A stretch of DNA of 29,555 bases from a virus (IMGVR_UViG_3300037608_000062:1-29555); one strand, 5' to 3'. Shown: positions 8,939 through 17,782, counted from the first letter of the stretch. Program-made: numbers and translations. Notes: generated from the letters alone by a model not told the origin.

Positions 8939-8973
8939 CAAAAGCCCTCTCGCCTCTCCGGAGAGAGGGCTTC
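8939..8973 (-). terminator. Intrinsic terminator after the major capsid gene
   Basis: AAGCCCTCTC...GAGAGGGCTT stem followed by TT(TT)G on the minus strand. Confidence 0.7.
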
Positions 8974-8996
8974 TAGCTGGGATCAAATAATCAATC

Positions 8997-9980
8997 TCAG
9001 GTCGCGTAGGTATCTTTAAACAGATAACCTAATGCGGCATCGACCAATACGATGTCGGACTCTTCCGCTACTTCATATACATCCTGATGCTCCGCTGGTT
9101 CGCGCCAGGTGGTAGTACGTCTGGCCTGGCCGTCTTCATACGCGGTGCGCGCCTGATAACCGGGAGCGGGAACTTTGCGTCCGGGAGCCGCCGGACGATG
9201 GAACAGGAAGCCCATTCCTTTGCCCGAGTTCACTTCCCAAATATACTTGGAGGTGAAGGATGTTCCCGCCTTGTTTTCTTTGGCAGTGTTGACGATGGCT
9301 TTGCCGACCAGGACTTCTTCGAGTTCCAGCATGGATGCGATCAAGTCCGCCGTGATAACGCCTTTCTGTGTGTACTTGATCTTATCAAGAATCTCGGCGT
9401 TATCTCCCAGGGCCAACATCGTGGCATAATCGATCATGAGGCAATTGGGCGTCACACCAGACACCGACTGAATTGCTTTGACGCCTTTTTTTATGTCATC
9501 AATGAAGGTGTTGGTATTCCCTTTCGGAGCCCACAATCCTTCGGCGTCTTCTCCGCCGACGTTGCCGTCCGCCCAGGTACCGCCCGTGATCATTGCAGCA
9601 ACCCGCACCTCTTTTTTCATATCGATTTTATCAGAGGCGAATTCAATCGCGTCCTGATCAGGCTGAAGAGGCGGAGCCATCGCGGATTTGGCAAAGCGTC
9701 TGTCTTCGTCGGTGACCTCTGCGGCAATCGCGTATTCTTTTGTAATAATGTTCGCCCAATCAATGGGGAACCCTGTGCGGTTGGCCCGCGAGCCGGGGCC
9801 GCGAATGCCCGCTTCATCGCGGAACCACGCGCCTTTGGAATAAATAGCGATTTTCGCTTTGGGATCGCATTTATCCAGGATACGGAAAACCCTGTCCGCA
9901 ATATAATCCTTGTTTTTGTAAGCCACAGACACATTTTGCAGAGGCCCTGTGACCATCATTTCTTTAACGTTTGGAGCCAT
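8997..9980 (-). CDS. Major capsid protein
   Basis: 327 aa after scaffold and decoration genes; LQNVSVAYKN..YIADRVF N-terminus and GYLFKD C-terminus are typical of this capsid type. Start at 9980 with GGAGG SD. Confidence 0.88.
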   Translation of the reverse strand: MAPNVKEMMVTGPLQNVSVAYKNKDYIADRVFRILDKCDPKAKIAIYSKGAWFRDEAGIRGPGSRANRTGFPIDWANIITKEYAIAAEVTDEDRRFAKSAMAPPLQPDQDAIEFASDKIDMKKEVRVAAMITGGTWADGNVGGEDAEGLWAPKGNTNTFIDDIKKGVKAIQSVSGVTPNCLMIDYATMLALGDNAEILDKIKYTQKGVITADLIASMLELEEVLVGKAIVNTAKENKAGTSFTSKYIWEVNSGKGMGFLFHRPAAPGRKVPAPGYQARTAYEDGQARRTTTWREPAEHQDVYEVAEESDIVLVDAALGYLFKDTYAT

Positions 9981-10007
9981 GTTTTTTCCTCCTTGAAATT
10001 TAGTTTT

Positions 10008-10034
10008 CTGGATTCCCGCTTTCGCGGGAATGAC
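10008..10034 (-). repeat. REP-like palindrome type A
   Basis: GTCATTCCCGCGAAAGCGGGAATCCAG. Confidence 0.92.
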
Positions 10035-10045
10035 AAATATTGTTT

Positions 10046-10073
10046 GTAGGGGCACGAAGCATCGTGCCCCTAC
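10046..10073. repeat. GTAG-type REP palindrome (type B)
   Basis: GTAGGGGCACGAAGCATCGTGCCCCTAC, 11 bp from a type A copy. Confidence 0.9.
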
Positions 10074-10082
10074 TCCTCAATT

Positions 10083-10838
10083 TTAATGTACGACGGTACC
10101 CAGTGAATAGATGGTGACCGCTTCAGTGCCGCTGCCGATGTTATCCAAACGGCAGAGGAAACGCTTGCTGTTGTTCTGTGCGATGGTCATTGTCCCGGAC
10201 AATGTGACGCCCGCGCCTGCTGTTAACGTGATGGTTTCCGCCGCATTCGCATCATTGCGAATGGTGAATTCAAAACTGGAACCGACGATGCCGCCCGCGA
10301 ATCCCGCGACGATGAGCGCCGCTGTCGGCGTTACATCGCTGCGATTGTCTCCGTTGGGATCACGCAGGATTAAGCCGCCGATCAATTCCGCCGCTGTATA
10401 GGTTGCCGCGCCTGCCGTGGTTTTTGTGGTGACCGTGGTAATAAACCAGCCGGTCTGCGTTATGCCGGGAACCTGGCCATTTAAAAGCACAGAGGCTAGA
10501 TCATCTTCAGCAACTGATGCTTCCAATACCAACGCGCGGGCATAGGCTAGTGCGCCTGCTGCGTTTTTCCCTTTTCCCGCGTCGGTGGCGGAAACGTATT
10601 CCGCTTTGACGTAAGCGTTAATGGCGATGGCGTCGTTTGCCTGCAACTTACTGACGCCGATGACGCGCACTACGGCGGCTTCGTTAATGCCCGGTGCGTT
10701 TTGCAGGATGCCGATCAGGCCTTCGGTTTCGTTATCCGGACGCCGCACACCTGTCGAGGTGAGGACGACGAACTTGTACTGATCATCAACCAGGCTTTCT
10801 AAGGCAACGAAAGAGAGGTCTAAAATTTTGTTATCCAT
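10083..10838 (-). CDS. Capsid decoration/cement protein (DUF2190-like) with C-terminal extension
   Basis: IGILQNAP..NEAAVVRVIGVSKL.A...ALVLEAS.AEDDL.SVLL in the first ~120 aa; located between scaffold and capsid. Confidence 0.7.
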   Translation of the reverse strand: MDNKILDLSFVALESLVDDQYKFVVLTSTGVRRPDNETEGLIGILQNAPGINEAAVVRVIGVSKLQANDAIAINAYVKAEYVSATDAGKGKNAAGALAYARALVLEASVAEDDLASVLLNGQVPGITQTGWFITTVTTKTTAGAATYTAAELIGGLILRDPNGDNRSDVTPTAALIVAGFAGGIVGSSFEFTIRNDANAAETITLTAGAGVTLSGTMTIAQNNSKRFLCRLDNIGSGTEAVTIYSLGTVVH

Positions 10839-10885
10839 GTGTTGACTCCTTTTTTTATTTTTTGGACTATAGTGACAGTTGTTTT

Positions 10886-10920
10886 TTTACGTTTCACACT
10901 TCACGCTTCACTCTTCACGT
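10886..10920 (-). repeat. 7-bp tandem array (NNGTGAA on the coding strand)
   Basis: Plus strand tttac-gt-ttcac-ac-ttcac-gc-ttcac-tc-ttcac-gt. Confidence 0.85.
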
Positions 10921-10923
10921 GCC

Positions 10924-12129
10924 TTATGCGCCCTGAATCTCTTGCGTGTATTCCTGCGTCAGTTCGGGATTTTCCTTCTGCACCTCGGCAAAAGCCGCTG
11001 TGTAGGTTAAATCCTTGAGCTCTTTCATTTTGGCCCGCGTGAGAGTTTCAAGTTTAGCGCCTGCGCTTCCCGCGCCGCCCACGTCTTTGTGTCTGGCAGC
11101 GACTTCACTGAAAGTGACAAGCGGTGTGGCAGATTCCAGCAACGCTTTCATGCGGTCGAACGCGGTGAACTTTTCTTTCTTCTCGCCAAATTCGATTTGA
11201 TTATCGATTTCAGCCATCGAAAAAAGAATCTCCGGCAGGCCGAAGGCAACGGTCGCGGGAATTATCTTTCCCGCTTTAATCAGCGATTCGCAAAAAGCGG
11301 CGATTTCGGTTTTGATCGTGGATAGCCGTGTTTGACGTTGCTGTTCAGCAAATTCCGCTGTGGCTGCGTTTTTCCCTTTTTCCTCAGCCTCTTTTCTGAC
11401 CTTTTCGATGTCAGCCTCTGAAAACTGTTTGCCGTCCTGCGCTGATGCTGCCGGGCCGTCGTCGGGCATTTTGGCCATAAATTCAGCGAAGAACTTGGCC
11501 ACTTTTTCCTTGAATGTCATATCCTTTTCCTCCTTCTTTTCGTTGTATAGATTTTGTTGCGGTTCATCGGCAGGCGGATTGGCCGCCGATCTTAAATCTT
11601 CTATCTTCCAGTCCGGGACAATCCGGTCTGCCGTATCCTGTCCTTTTTCTTCGATGAACCATTCCCGCAGATTGCGGAATACATCCGCCAGGGAATTCCA
11701 TGCCCAGGGTTCGGAAAATTCAAAACTGGCCGCATCGCCCTCGGCAAAAGCCACATCGGGCAGGCCCTTAACAGCCGGAGGCATAGCGCCCAAAAATGCT
11801 ACGTGGCGCAGAGTTCCGTCCGGATAGAACGCGGCGCTTCTCTTCTTGAGAAGCCCCCTTTTAAGCATGTCTTCAAATTCCGGCTGAACCTGTTTGAATT
11901 TAGCCAGCAGAAGGTTGCCTTGTTTTTTCAGGCCTTCGACCCAGCCCCAGGCCGGAGCGTCATCTGCCGGATGTCCGATGCAGGCGGGCGGCTCATGCGT
12001 TGCGGTGTTGAAACTGGCAACGGCTTTGTCAATGAGCGCGTCGCCGTCGTGTTTGATGCCTTTGCTGTCGGTCTGTTCACCACCCCTGAAAATGGGGATG
12101 TAATCGTCAAAACCTTTAAAAGTAATCAT
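10924..12129 (-). CDS. Prohead protease/scaffold (Mu gpI/Z-like)
   Basis: IFRGG.QTDS, IGHP..DAPAWGWV, KKRSAAFY, LRHVAFLGAMPPAVKGL motifs, then a charged helical scaffold region. Confidence 0.92.
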   Translation of the reverse strand: MITFKGFDDYIPIFRGGEQTDSKGIKHDGDALIDKAVASFNTATHEPPACIGHPADDAPAWGWVEGLKKQGNLLLAKFKQVQPEFEDMLKRGLLKKRSAAFYPDGTLRHVAFLGAMPPAVKGLPDVAFAEGDAASFEFSEPWAWNSLADVFRNLREWFIEEKGQDTADRIVPDWKIEDLRSAANPPADEPQQNLYNEKKEEKDMTFKEKVAKFFAEFMAKMPDDGPAASAQDGKQFSEADIEKVRKEAEEKGKNAATAEFAEQQRQTRLSTIKTEIAAFCESLIKAGKIIPATVAFGLPEILFSMAEIDNQIEFGEKKEKFTAFDRMKALLESATPLVTFSEVAARHKDVGGAGSAGAKLETLTRAKMKELKDLTYTAAFAEVQKENPELTQEYTQEIQGA

Positions 12130-12130
12130 G

Positions 12131-12577
12131 TTAGTTCCCCTTATTGCTCAGATAATTTTTCATTCCATCCCGATAAAGAACTGCACCATTGACTTCACCG
12201 GAGGCCTTTCTTACCCAGGGACGGCCTTTCATGCCTCTGACTGATCTGACTGGGTGCGATGCGCCGGGCCAGTAAAGAGCCTGTTTGTTTTTGGGCACGA
12301 TCTTTGTTTTGTGCGGGCCGTAAAGTCCGGTTCCTTCATGAACATAACCGGCGTACGGCGCGGTAAAAGCCAGAGTGCCACGGCTTCCGTCATCGTTGAC
12401 TTTGCTTGTGCGCGTGCGCTTGAGGTTGCTCGTTTTCATCGGCGCTTCTTTTACGGCCAGAGCTTCGACCGTTGTCAGCCAGTTGGTCATGCCTGCCCGA
12501 CGAGCCGGTTTCATATCGTCTTTAAGGTTTTTAAATAACCTGCCGGGATCGGGTTTTATGTTCATGGTTATTTCCAT
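12131..12577 (-). CDS. Virion morphogenesis protein (Mu gpG/HK97 gp10-like)
   Basis: AP.KTSNLKR, APYAGYVHEGTG, IVPKNKQALYWPG, GMKGRPW motifs. Confidence 0.8.
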   Translation of the reverse strand: MEITMNIKPDPGRLFKNLKDDMKPARRAGMTNWLTTVEALAVKEAPMKTSNLKRTRTSKVNDDGSRGTLAFTAPYAGYVHEGTGLYGPHKTKIVPKNKQALYWPGASHPVRSVRGMKGRPWVRKASGEVNGAVLYRDGMKNYLSNKGN

Positions 12578-12580
12578 GCG

Positions 12581-12612
12581 CTAATCCTCTAACCTTCTAA
12601 TCATCTAACCCT
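12581..12612 (-). repeat. Second 7-bp tandem array type (TTAGA-periodic on the coding strand)
   Basis: Minus strand AGGGTTAGATGATTAGAAGGTTAGAGGATTAG; overlaps the portal stop codon and the SD of the next gene. Confidence 0.65.
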
Positions 12613-14697
12613 CTTAATTACGATGCCGTGGCAATGCGGATGATACGGCGGCAGCACACCTCTAGCAACAAGAGCTTCGGCATTGCCTACTGCGGGCGTG
12701 ATGGTTTTCATTTCGGCGGAGTATTCATCCGGCGACATGCCCGCATGGCGCGTCATGGTATTGTGTGCCGTGGCAACGCTGATAATCTTACCGTTCATCT
12801 CCTGGCAGAGTTCGCATTCCTGTGTCGGCTCATAAACTTCCAGTTCGGTAATTCCGGCCTCATGCAGTTGCGCCGTTGCCGCCCAGTTCTGTGCCCTGGT
12901 CACTGATGTATCAATGATCCGGCTCACCTGAAAATCTTCCAGATCGGAAAGTTTCTGGCCGAAGAGATCCCGGAAGGCCTGATAGTTTTCCGGCAATGCG
13001 CGTTTGAATAACGCCTCGCCATCCTGAAGATAGCGCTCACTCAGAAAAGATTTAACCGTTGCAACCGCGTCCGGATTCTGCACCCACTTGGAAATATAAA
13101 AATTGTCCACTTTGGATAGAAAGTTCATGGCGCGGAGATCCGGCCCGCCGAATTCGGCGACAGCCGCAGGGTTGGGACTGCGGAAATTTTTATAAATGGC
13201 TTCCACAGCTTTTTTGATAACGGGCCTATCTGTGACGCTGAGGGCCGCGCCTAATATGCCCTGCACGGAAGCGATGAATTCAGCCTGTGTGGGCGGCGTC
13301 TTCTGCTTCATCAGATAAGATTCGATTTCATCGAGCGCACCCAGCCGGGCGTTATTCAAAGACGGCTTGATCGCGGTCATATAGGAGGCAACCCAGTCGG
13401 GTGCATCGCCTTCGGCAAATTGCGGGAGATTGTTTTGTCCGGGAAAACCAAACGCGGATGGTTTGGCTGGTGCTACCAGCACGTCGCCTTCCTGCGGGGC
13501 CGGTATCCCGTAGGTCTCATAGAAATAACCCACTGCAACCGGCAGGCCAATGTCAACAATGAGCGATTTGTCGACAGCGCTGCGGGCGGTCAGATCCGGT
13601 TTGGCGTTGGCGTAGGTCTTGATTTTCGGATAGGCCGTGACATTCGGGAAATTATAATCAACGATCCACTTAATTAGATTGTCGTTGAGGCAACCATCGA
13701 GCAGATCGGCGTCGGCCTCAATGATTTCCTGACGAACATCGGCCTGGTTTTGATCGTTGCCGAGTTTACCGGGCGTGCCTTCCGTGGTAGCCGTCTGCCC
13801 CAGCACGGCTTTGGATATCTGTTTGTCCATGTACTCGCAGAGATCTGCATACGAGACTTCCCCGGCCCGCGAAGCCTCTAAAAATTCTACATTCTGGTTG
13901 TCGGGCATGATAATGCCCGTGTCGGTTTGTATGGATTCGATGGCTTCCATCAATTTTGTTTGTTTGTCCGCCAGTGTACCCGCTGGGTATTTGCCGACGA
14001 CTGTGGGCATACCGAATTTTTCCAGAAAGACCATCCAGAATTTAATGCCGTGTTTTTTAAACCATACCGGCCACCAGAGGCGCTGGCCGAGTCCTTTGCC
14101 GTAAGGATTATCGGAGTCGCCATAGGTGAAGGTGATGAATTTGCGCTCCGGAAGAACTTCGCCGTCAATCATGTTTTGCAGGGTGAGCAGGCGCAATTCG
14201 CGTTCCGGCGTGAAGATAAAGCGGCGCGGATGTTTGCCGATGAGTTTTTTGATGGCAATAACATTGCCGTTTGCGACCTTCCACATGATTTCCGCATTAT
14301 AGAAACCATAGAGAATAGCCTTAAGAAGTTCCTGCCGCGCCTGGTCGAAGTTGCAGTTCATCAGAACTTCGGCGACGTAATCGGCGACAACCTGCTCCTT
14401 CGTGGTGGATGCCGGGCGTCCCTTGCTTTTTGCCGACGTGGCGGGCGTGATTTCCCATTCCTTACCGACTATCGCCATAATGCGCTGCTGCAATACGCTT
14501 CCGGCATGGGCGTCGCGTTCGACTTCGTCGTAAAGTTTCAGTCCCTTGCCCATCGCTTCGGAGCGCAAAACAGGATCAGGGTTTTCCAGCCGACTGATCC
14601 ACCCGCAAAAGACGTCAATGTCTTTTTGAATTGTGGCCACTTCATCGGTCACAATCGCTGATTTTTTAATTTCCCGGCCATATTGGTCTAACAGCAT
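12601..14697 (-). CDS. Portal protein (Mu gp29/DUF935-like) fused to a Mu gp30/F-like minor head domain
   Basis: MLLDQYGR start, NPYGKGL, FLEKFGMP..VGKY, ISKAVLGQT portal motifs; C-terminal CELCQEMNG and PPYHPHCHG match the Mu-F family motif. Confidence 0.9.
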   Translation of the reverse strand: MLLDQYGREIKKSAIVTDEVATIQKDIDVFCGWISRLENPDPVLRSEAMGKGLKLYDEVERDAHAGSVLQQRIMAIVGKEWEITPATSAKSKGRPASTTKEQVVADYVAEVLMNCNFDQARQELLKAILYGFYNAEIMWKVANGNVIAIKKLIGKHPRRFIFTPERELRLLTLQNMIDGEVLPERKFITFTYGDSDNPYGKGLGQRLWWPVWFKKHGIKFWMVFLEKFGMPTVVGKYPAGTLADKQTKLMEAIESIQTDTGIIMPDNQNVEFLEASRAGEVSYADLCEYMDKQISKAVLGQTATTEGTPGKLGNDQNQADVRQEIIEADADLLDGCLNDNLIKWIVDYNFPNVTAYPKIKTYANAKPDLTARSAVDKSLIVDIGLPVAVGYFYETYGIPAPQEGDVLVAPAKPSAFGFPGQNNLPQFAEGDAPDWVASYMTAIKPSLNNARLGALDEIESYLMKQKTPPTQAEFIASVQGILGAALSVTDRPVIKKAVEAIYKNFRSPNPAAVAEFGGPDLRAMNFLSKVDNFYISKWVQNPDAVATVKSFLSERYLQDGEALFKRALPENYQAFRDLFGQKLSDLEDFQVSRIIDTSVTRAQNWAATAQLHEAGITELEVYEPTQECELCQEMNGKIISVATAHNTMTRHAGMSPDEYSAEMKTITPAVGNAEALVARGVLPPYHPHCHGIVIKRVR

Positions 14698-14822
14698 GAT
14701 AATTTCGCCCCTGTCGCGCGCGACGTTATGTTTATAAACAGTGTCAATGAAACTCCCCGCCCGTTGGGGGCAAAAACCGGCTCAATTGATTGTGGGGCAT
14801 TTTTGCCTTGATTCATTTTTTG

Positions 14823-16370
14823 CTATCCTCTCCCCAAAAAAGAGTTCATGGATGCCCCGGATGTCATTCGCCTGGTACCGGTCGATTGAAATTCGATTTC
14901 TCCGCCCCATTCCTGCCTCGTTGCAAACCAGGCCATTGCCCCGGCAATGCCGGAATCGCCGTGACGCTTTTTATTGTCCTTGCCCTTCTGCCGGAGTTCC
15001 GGAAGTTTGGCGACTCCCTTGATGACTTTAAAAGCCCGGTGGTCTTCAATGACATCGGCGTCCCTGGCCATCATTATTGTCTGATCCTCAAAGGCCGCTT
15101 TATAGGCGGGCATGTTTTCGCGGTACCATGCCTCGGTGATCATTACCTGCGCAATGCGTCCCTCGCCGTAACGCTGCATGGCGCGTTCGGCCAAATACTG
15201 GCCGTTGCCCCTGGCATCGAGCGCGCCGAACTGAAAGCGCGGCAGGCGGTCGCAGATGTAATAGAGTATCTGCTCCTGCTGTTGAAACGGCATGTTGCGC
15301 AGCTCAAGTTGAAACAGTTCGCGCCAGTTGGCCTTCTGGTTTTCCAGCCAGAATTTCATGACGGTCAAATCGCCGGTTCGCGCGAAGTCTTCGCCGAAGA
15401 CGGCATTTTGTTTTGAATCGATGCCGATAAGAAGAGGCTTTAGAATTTCCTCACACCAATCGCTTACCTCAGCATGACGGATATGATCGGCCAGCGCGCC
15501 AAAGGATGTCGGCTGCTCGTAGCGAATTACCGGAATATCGGCGCTGAGGCATTTCTCGATGACGGCGCGGGTCAGGAATACTCCGCTGCCCTGGCCGGGG
15601 ATGCAAAAGAGTTCTTCGTCGGCGTCTTCGCCGTAGGAATCAATGATGCCCTGCCGCCATGTGTCTTCCGCCTCCGGCGTCCATGCGCGTTTCAAGACTT
15701 CACAGATTCTTTTATAAAGGCCGTCTTCCAGCGCTTCATCGAAGGTCACACGATGGAGGCTGTAAGGTTTCTTGCCCGCGCGGATATCCTGAATAACGGA
15801 GTTGAATTCATTGTTGTCGCCGAAGTGCGTGGAGATAACGCGAACCTGACCGCCCCACATCAAGAGAGCCATTGCCGCTTTAAGGAGGCCCGGCAGATCG
15901 TCATGGAACGCTGCTTCATCTATAACCACACGCCCCTGCTTGCCACGCAGATTGGTCGGTCTGCTTGATAACGCGGTTATGCGCCAGCCGGATTCAAAGG
16001 TGATTTTATAAGCAAGGATCTTCTGTTCTTTAACAATGCCCTGGTCGTCTTCATCCGGCTCTTCATATTCATCAATAGATGAAACGGCCATTTTATAGGC
16101 GCGCGCCCAGTTGGCGCAGTCGTTGATGAATTCCAGCGCCATATCTTTAGTATAACCGATGTACCAGACGTTGCGCTTTTCTCCGCCGCCTTTTTCGGAT
16201 GCGTAAAGGGTATCGTCCGCCGCTTCCGCCCAGGATATGCCGACACGCCGGGATTTTTCTATGAATTTGACGTCGGCCTGATCCGCCACCCATTTCTGCT
16301 GATAGGGCAGAAGGATGCCGGTTGAACTGCGGGCCTGATCAAATTCGTTTTGATTTGTTTCTTTATCCAT
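14823..16370 (-). CDS. Terminase large subunit (Mu gp28-like)
   Basis: LLPYQQKW, EKSRRVGISWAEA, LRGKQG.VVIDEAAFH, ISTHFG, GEDFARTGDL, DARGNG, RHGDSGIA. Confidence 0.96.
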   Translation of the reverse strand: MDKETNQNEFDQARSSTGILLPYQQKWVADQADVKFIEKSRRVGISWAEAADDTLYASEKGGGEKRNVWYIGYTKDMALEFINDCANWARAYKMAVSSIDEYEEPDEDDQGIVKEQKILAYKITFESGWRITALSSRPTNLRGKQGRVVIDEAAFHDDLPGLLKAAMALLMWGGQVRVISTHFGDNNEFNSVIQDIRAGKKPYSLHRVTFDEALEDGLYKRICEVLKRAWTPEAEDTWRQGIIDSYGEDADEELFCIPGQGSGVFLTRAVIEKCLSADIPVIRYEQPTSFGALADHIRHAEVSDWCEEILKPLLIGIDSKQNAVFGEDFARTGDLTVMKFWLENQKANWRELFQLELRNMPFQQQEQILYYICDRLPRFQFGALDARGNGQYLAERAMQRYGEGRIAQVMITEAWYRENMPAYKAAFEDQTIMMARDADVIEDHRAFKVIKGVAKLPELRQKGKDNKKRHGDSGIAGAMAWFATRQEWGGEIEFQSTGTRRMTSGASMNSFLGRG

Positions 16371-16375
16371 CGGTT

Positions 16376-16831
16376 TTAAACGATCCCTAAAATTTTATCT
16401 TTTATTTCCTTCGCCTGATCAGCAGTCATGCCGCCTCGTTTGACGGCTTTGGCGACTTCATTCGCCGCCGCATTAACCTTGCTTACGAACAGACCGTTGC
16501 TTTCGGCCTGTTTGAATTTAACGACCAGTGATCCCAGTTTTGTAAGGCTATCCATTAACGCGCTGTCTATCGCGCCGGGTTGTTTCTCTTCGGCGTGAGT
16601 CAACTCGCGTGCCAGGAGGATTTCCATCCGCAGTCCGAAATTAGTTTTGTTCGATCGGGCTTTGTCCCATTCGTCAAATTCTTCACTCGGCTTTTTGGTC
16701 AGGCCTTTCCATGCGGAGAGTGTCTGCCGGGATACGCCGAGTTCTTCCTCGATGGCGGTCAGTGATTTGCCGTCGATGAACATCTGCCGGGCAACGGGTT
16801 CTAGTTGTGTGCGTGCGCCTTTTTCGGCCAT
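16376..16831 (-). CDS. Terminase small subunit (DUF1804-like)
   Basis: N-terminal HTH (IEEELGVSRQTLSAWK) and WDKAR motif; directly upstream of the large subunit. Confidence 0.8.
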   Translation of the reverse strand: MAEKGARTQLEPVARQMFIDGKSLTAIEEELGVSRQTLSAWKGLTKKPSEEFDEWDKARSNKTNFGLRMEILLARELTHAEEKQPGAIDSALMDSLTKLGSLVVKFKQAESNGLFVSKVNAAANEVAKAVKRGGMTADQAKEIKDKILGIV

Positions 16832-16849
16832 AGTGTCGCTTCGCTCCTT

Positions 16850-16920
16850 GTGAAGGGTGAAGTGTGAAACGTGAATGGTTAAATCTTTTTCTTTTCACTC
16901 TTCACTTTTCACGCTTCACG
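16850..16920. repeat. Inverted pair of 7-bp arrays (GTGAA x4 ... TTCAC x4)
   Basis: gtgaagggtgaagtgtgaaacgtgaa (16850-16875) and ttcactcttcacttttcacgcttcacg (16894-16920). Confidence 0.85.
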
Positions 16921-16921
16921 G

Positions 16922-17167
16922 TTACTTCAATTCCTCTTCCAGTCGTTTTATCTCACTGAGGGCCACGGTCAGCTCCGCCCATTTTGATTTCAGTTCATCA
17001 AACTGGTTATCGACGATATCTATCGGCAGATCCTCCGGACGCTTCAAACTGCAATCCAGATTAATGCAAAGAATCTGAGCAAGATTTTCAATTTCTATCC
17101 GCAGTCTTTTAGCCGTATGCTCAAGGTTTGTAAGTTTAACGCGCCGCATTGCATTCAGTGTGCTCAT
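16922..17167 (-). CDS. Hypothetical coiled-coil protein
   Basis: 81 aa helical protein; GGAGG SD before ATG 17167; upstream of the small terminase. Confidence 0.7.
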   Translation of the reverse strand: MSTLNAMRRVKLTNLEHTAKRLRIEIENLAQILCINLDCSLKRPEDLPIDIVDNQFDELKSKWAELTVALSEIKRLEEELK

Positions 17168-17171
17168 CCGA

Positions 17172-17549
17172 TCATCCTCCGACGCTTTCTTCGTCCATAA
17201 CAAGCCGCATCGCTTTTTTCTTGCTGATGCGTATTACCGGACAAAATTGATTTTGATTTATTGCGTCCTTACATTCAGTCATTGTTTGAATGTTTAGTGT
17301 GACAATGTCGCGCAAATCATTCGTCACGCTGGCGAAGTCCTTGCATAGAGAGACGTTGGATTCATACATTTTCCGCTGCTCGGCCATGTCTTTTTTATAT
17401 TGTTCCAGCACGGCGGTCAGATCCGTATTGCTTTTCGCCATCACAGTTTCGAGGCGCCGGTTGTCTGACCACCACAAAAAAATAACCAGGCCCACAGTCC
17501 CGAAATCGCCCAAAATTTTTAATATGCTTAATATGCCCAGTTGCTCCAC
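17172..17549 (-). CDS. Single-TM protein with coiled coil (holin-like or DUF2730-position protein)
   Basis: N-terminal hydrophobic helix (ILGDFGTVGLVIFLWW); GGAGG SD; follows the TraR-type gene as in Mu-like late operons. Confidence 0.6.
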   Translation of the reverse strand: MEQLGILSILKILGDFGTVGLVIFLWWSDNRRLETVMAKSNTDLTAVLEQYKKDMAEQRKMYESNVSLCKDFASVTNDLRDIVTLNIQTMTECKDAINQNQFCPVIRISKKKAMRLVMDEESVGG

Positions 17550-17550
17550 G

Positions 17551-17775
17551 TCAGTCCCTCCGTTGTTCGTAATTTGTCTGACACTCGATGCATCGCTCCG
17601 CGCCGGGTTTTGCTTTCAATCTTTTTTTCGGGATCGGATCTCCGCAGTCCTTACAATTCCTTTTGGTAACTTTCGCACCCGGCGTGACTATCGGCCTTGT
17701 TTTCGCGAGTTGGTTTTTCAGCGCGTTCTCCCGGAAAAGTGCGTCACGCTCCTGCGCTTGGTCAAAGATGTCCAC
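17551..17775 (-). CDS. TraR/DksA C4-type zinc finger protein
   Basis: DIFDQAQE...CKDCGDPIPKKRLKAKPGAERCIECQ. Confidence 0.93.
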   Translation of the reverse strand: MDIFDQAQERDALFRENALKNQLAKTRPIVTPGAKVTKRNCKDCGDPIPKKRLKAKPGAERCIECQTNYEQRRD

Positions 17776-17782
17776 CCGCTTT

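Noticed and set aside
9087-10049. 320-aa plus-strand ORF and other plus-strand ORFs (e.g. 13927-14661, 21099-21878)
   Set aside because: They overlap well-supported minus-strand phage genes and have no recognisable protein features.
9981-10055. ORF-track N-terminal extensions (capsid MPLQ...VIPAKAGIQ; likewise starts at 4749, 19598, 22489, 23006, 23565, 25004, 26910)
   Set aside because: They are translations of intergenic repeats; downstream starts have better SD sequences or family-typical N-termini.
14688-14816. 42-codon ORF bridging terminase and portal
   Set aside because: No recognisable motif, and the sequence looks like a DNA structural site; not listed as a CDS, though not excluded.
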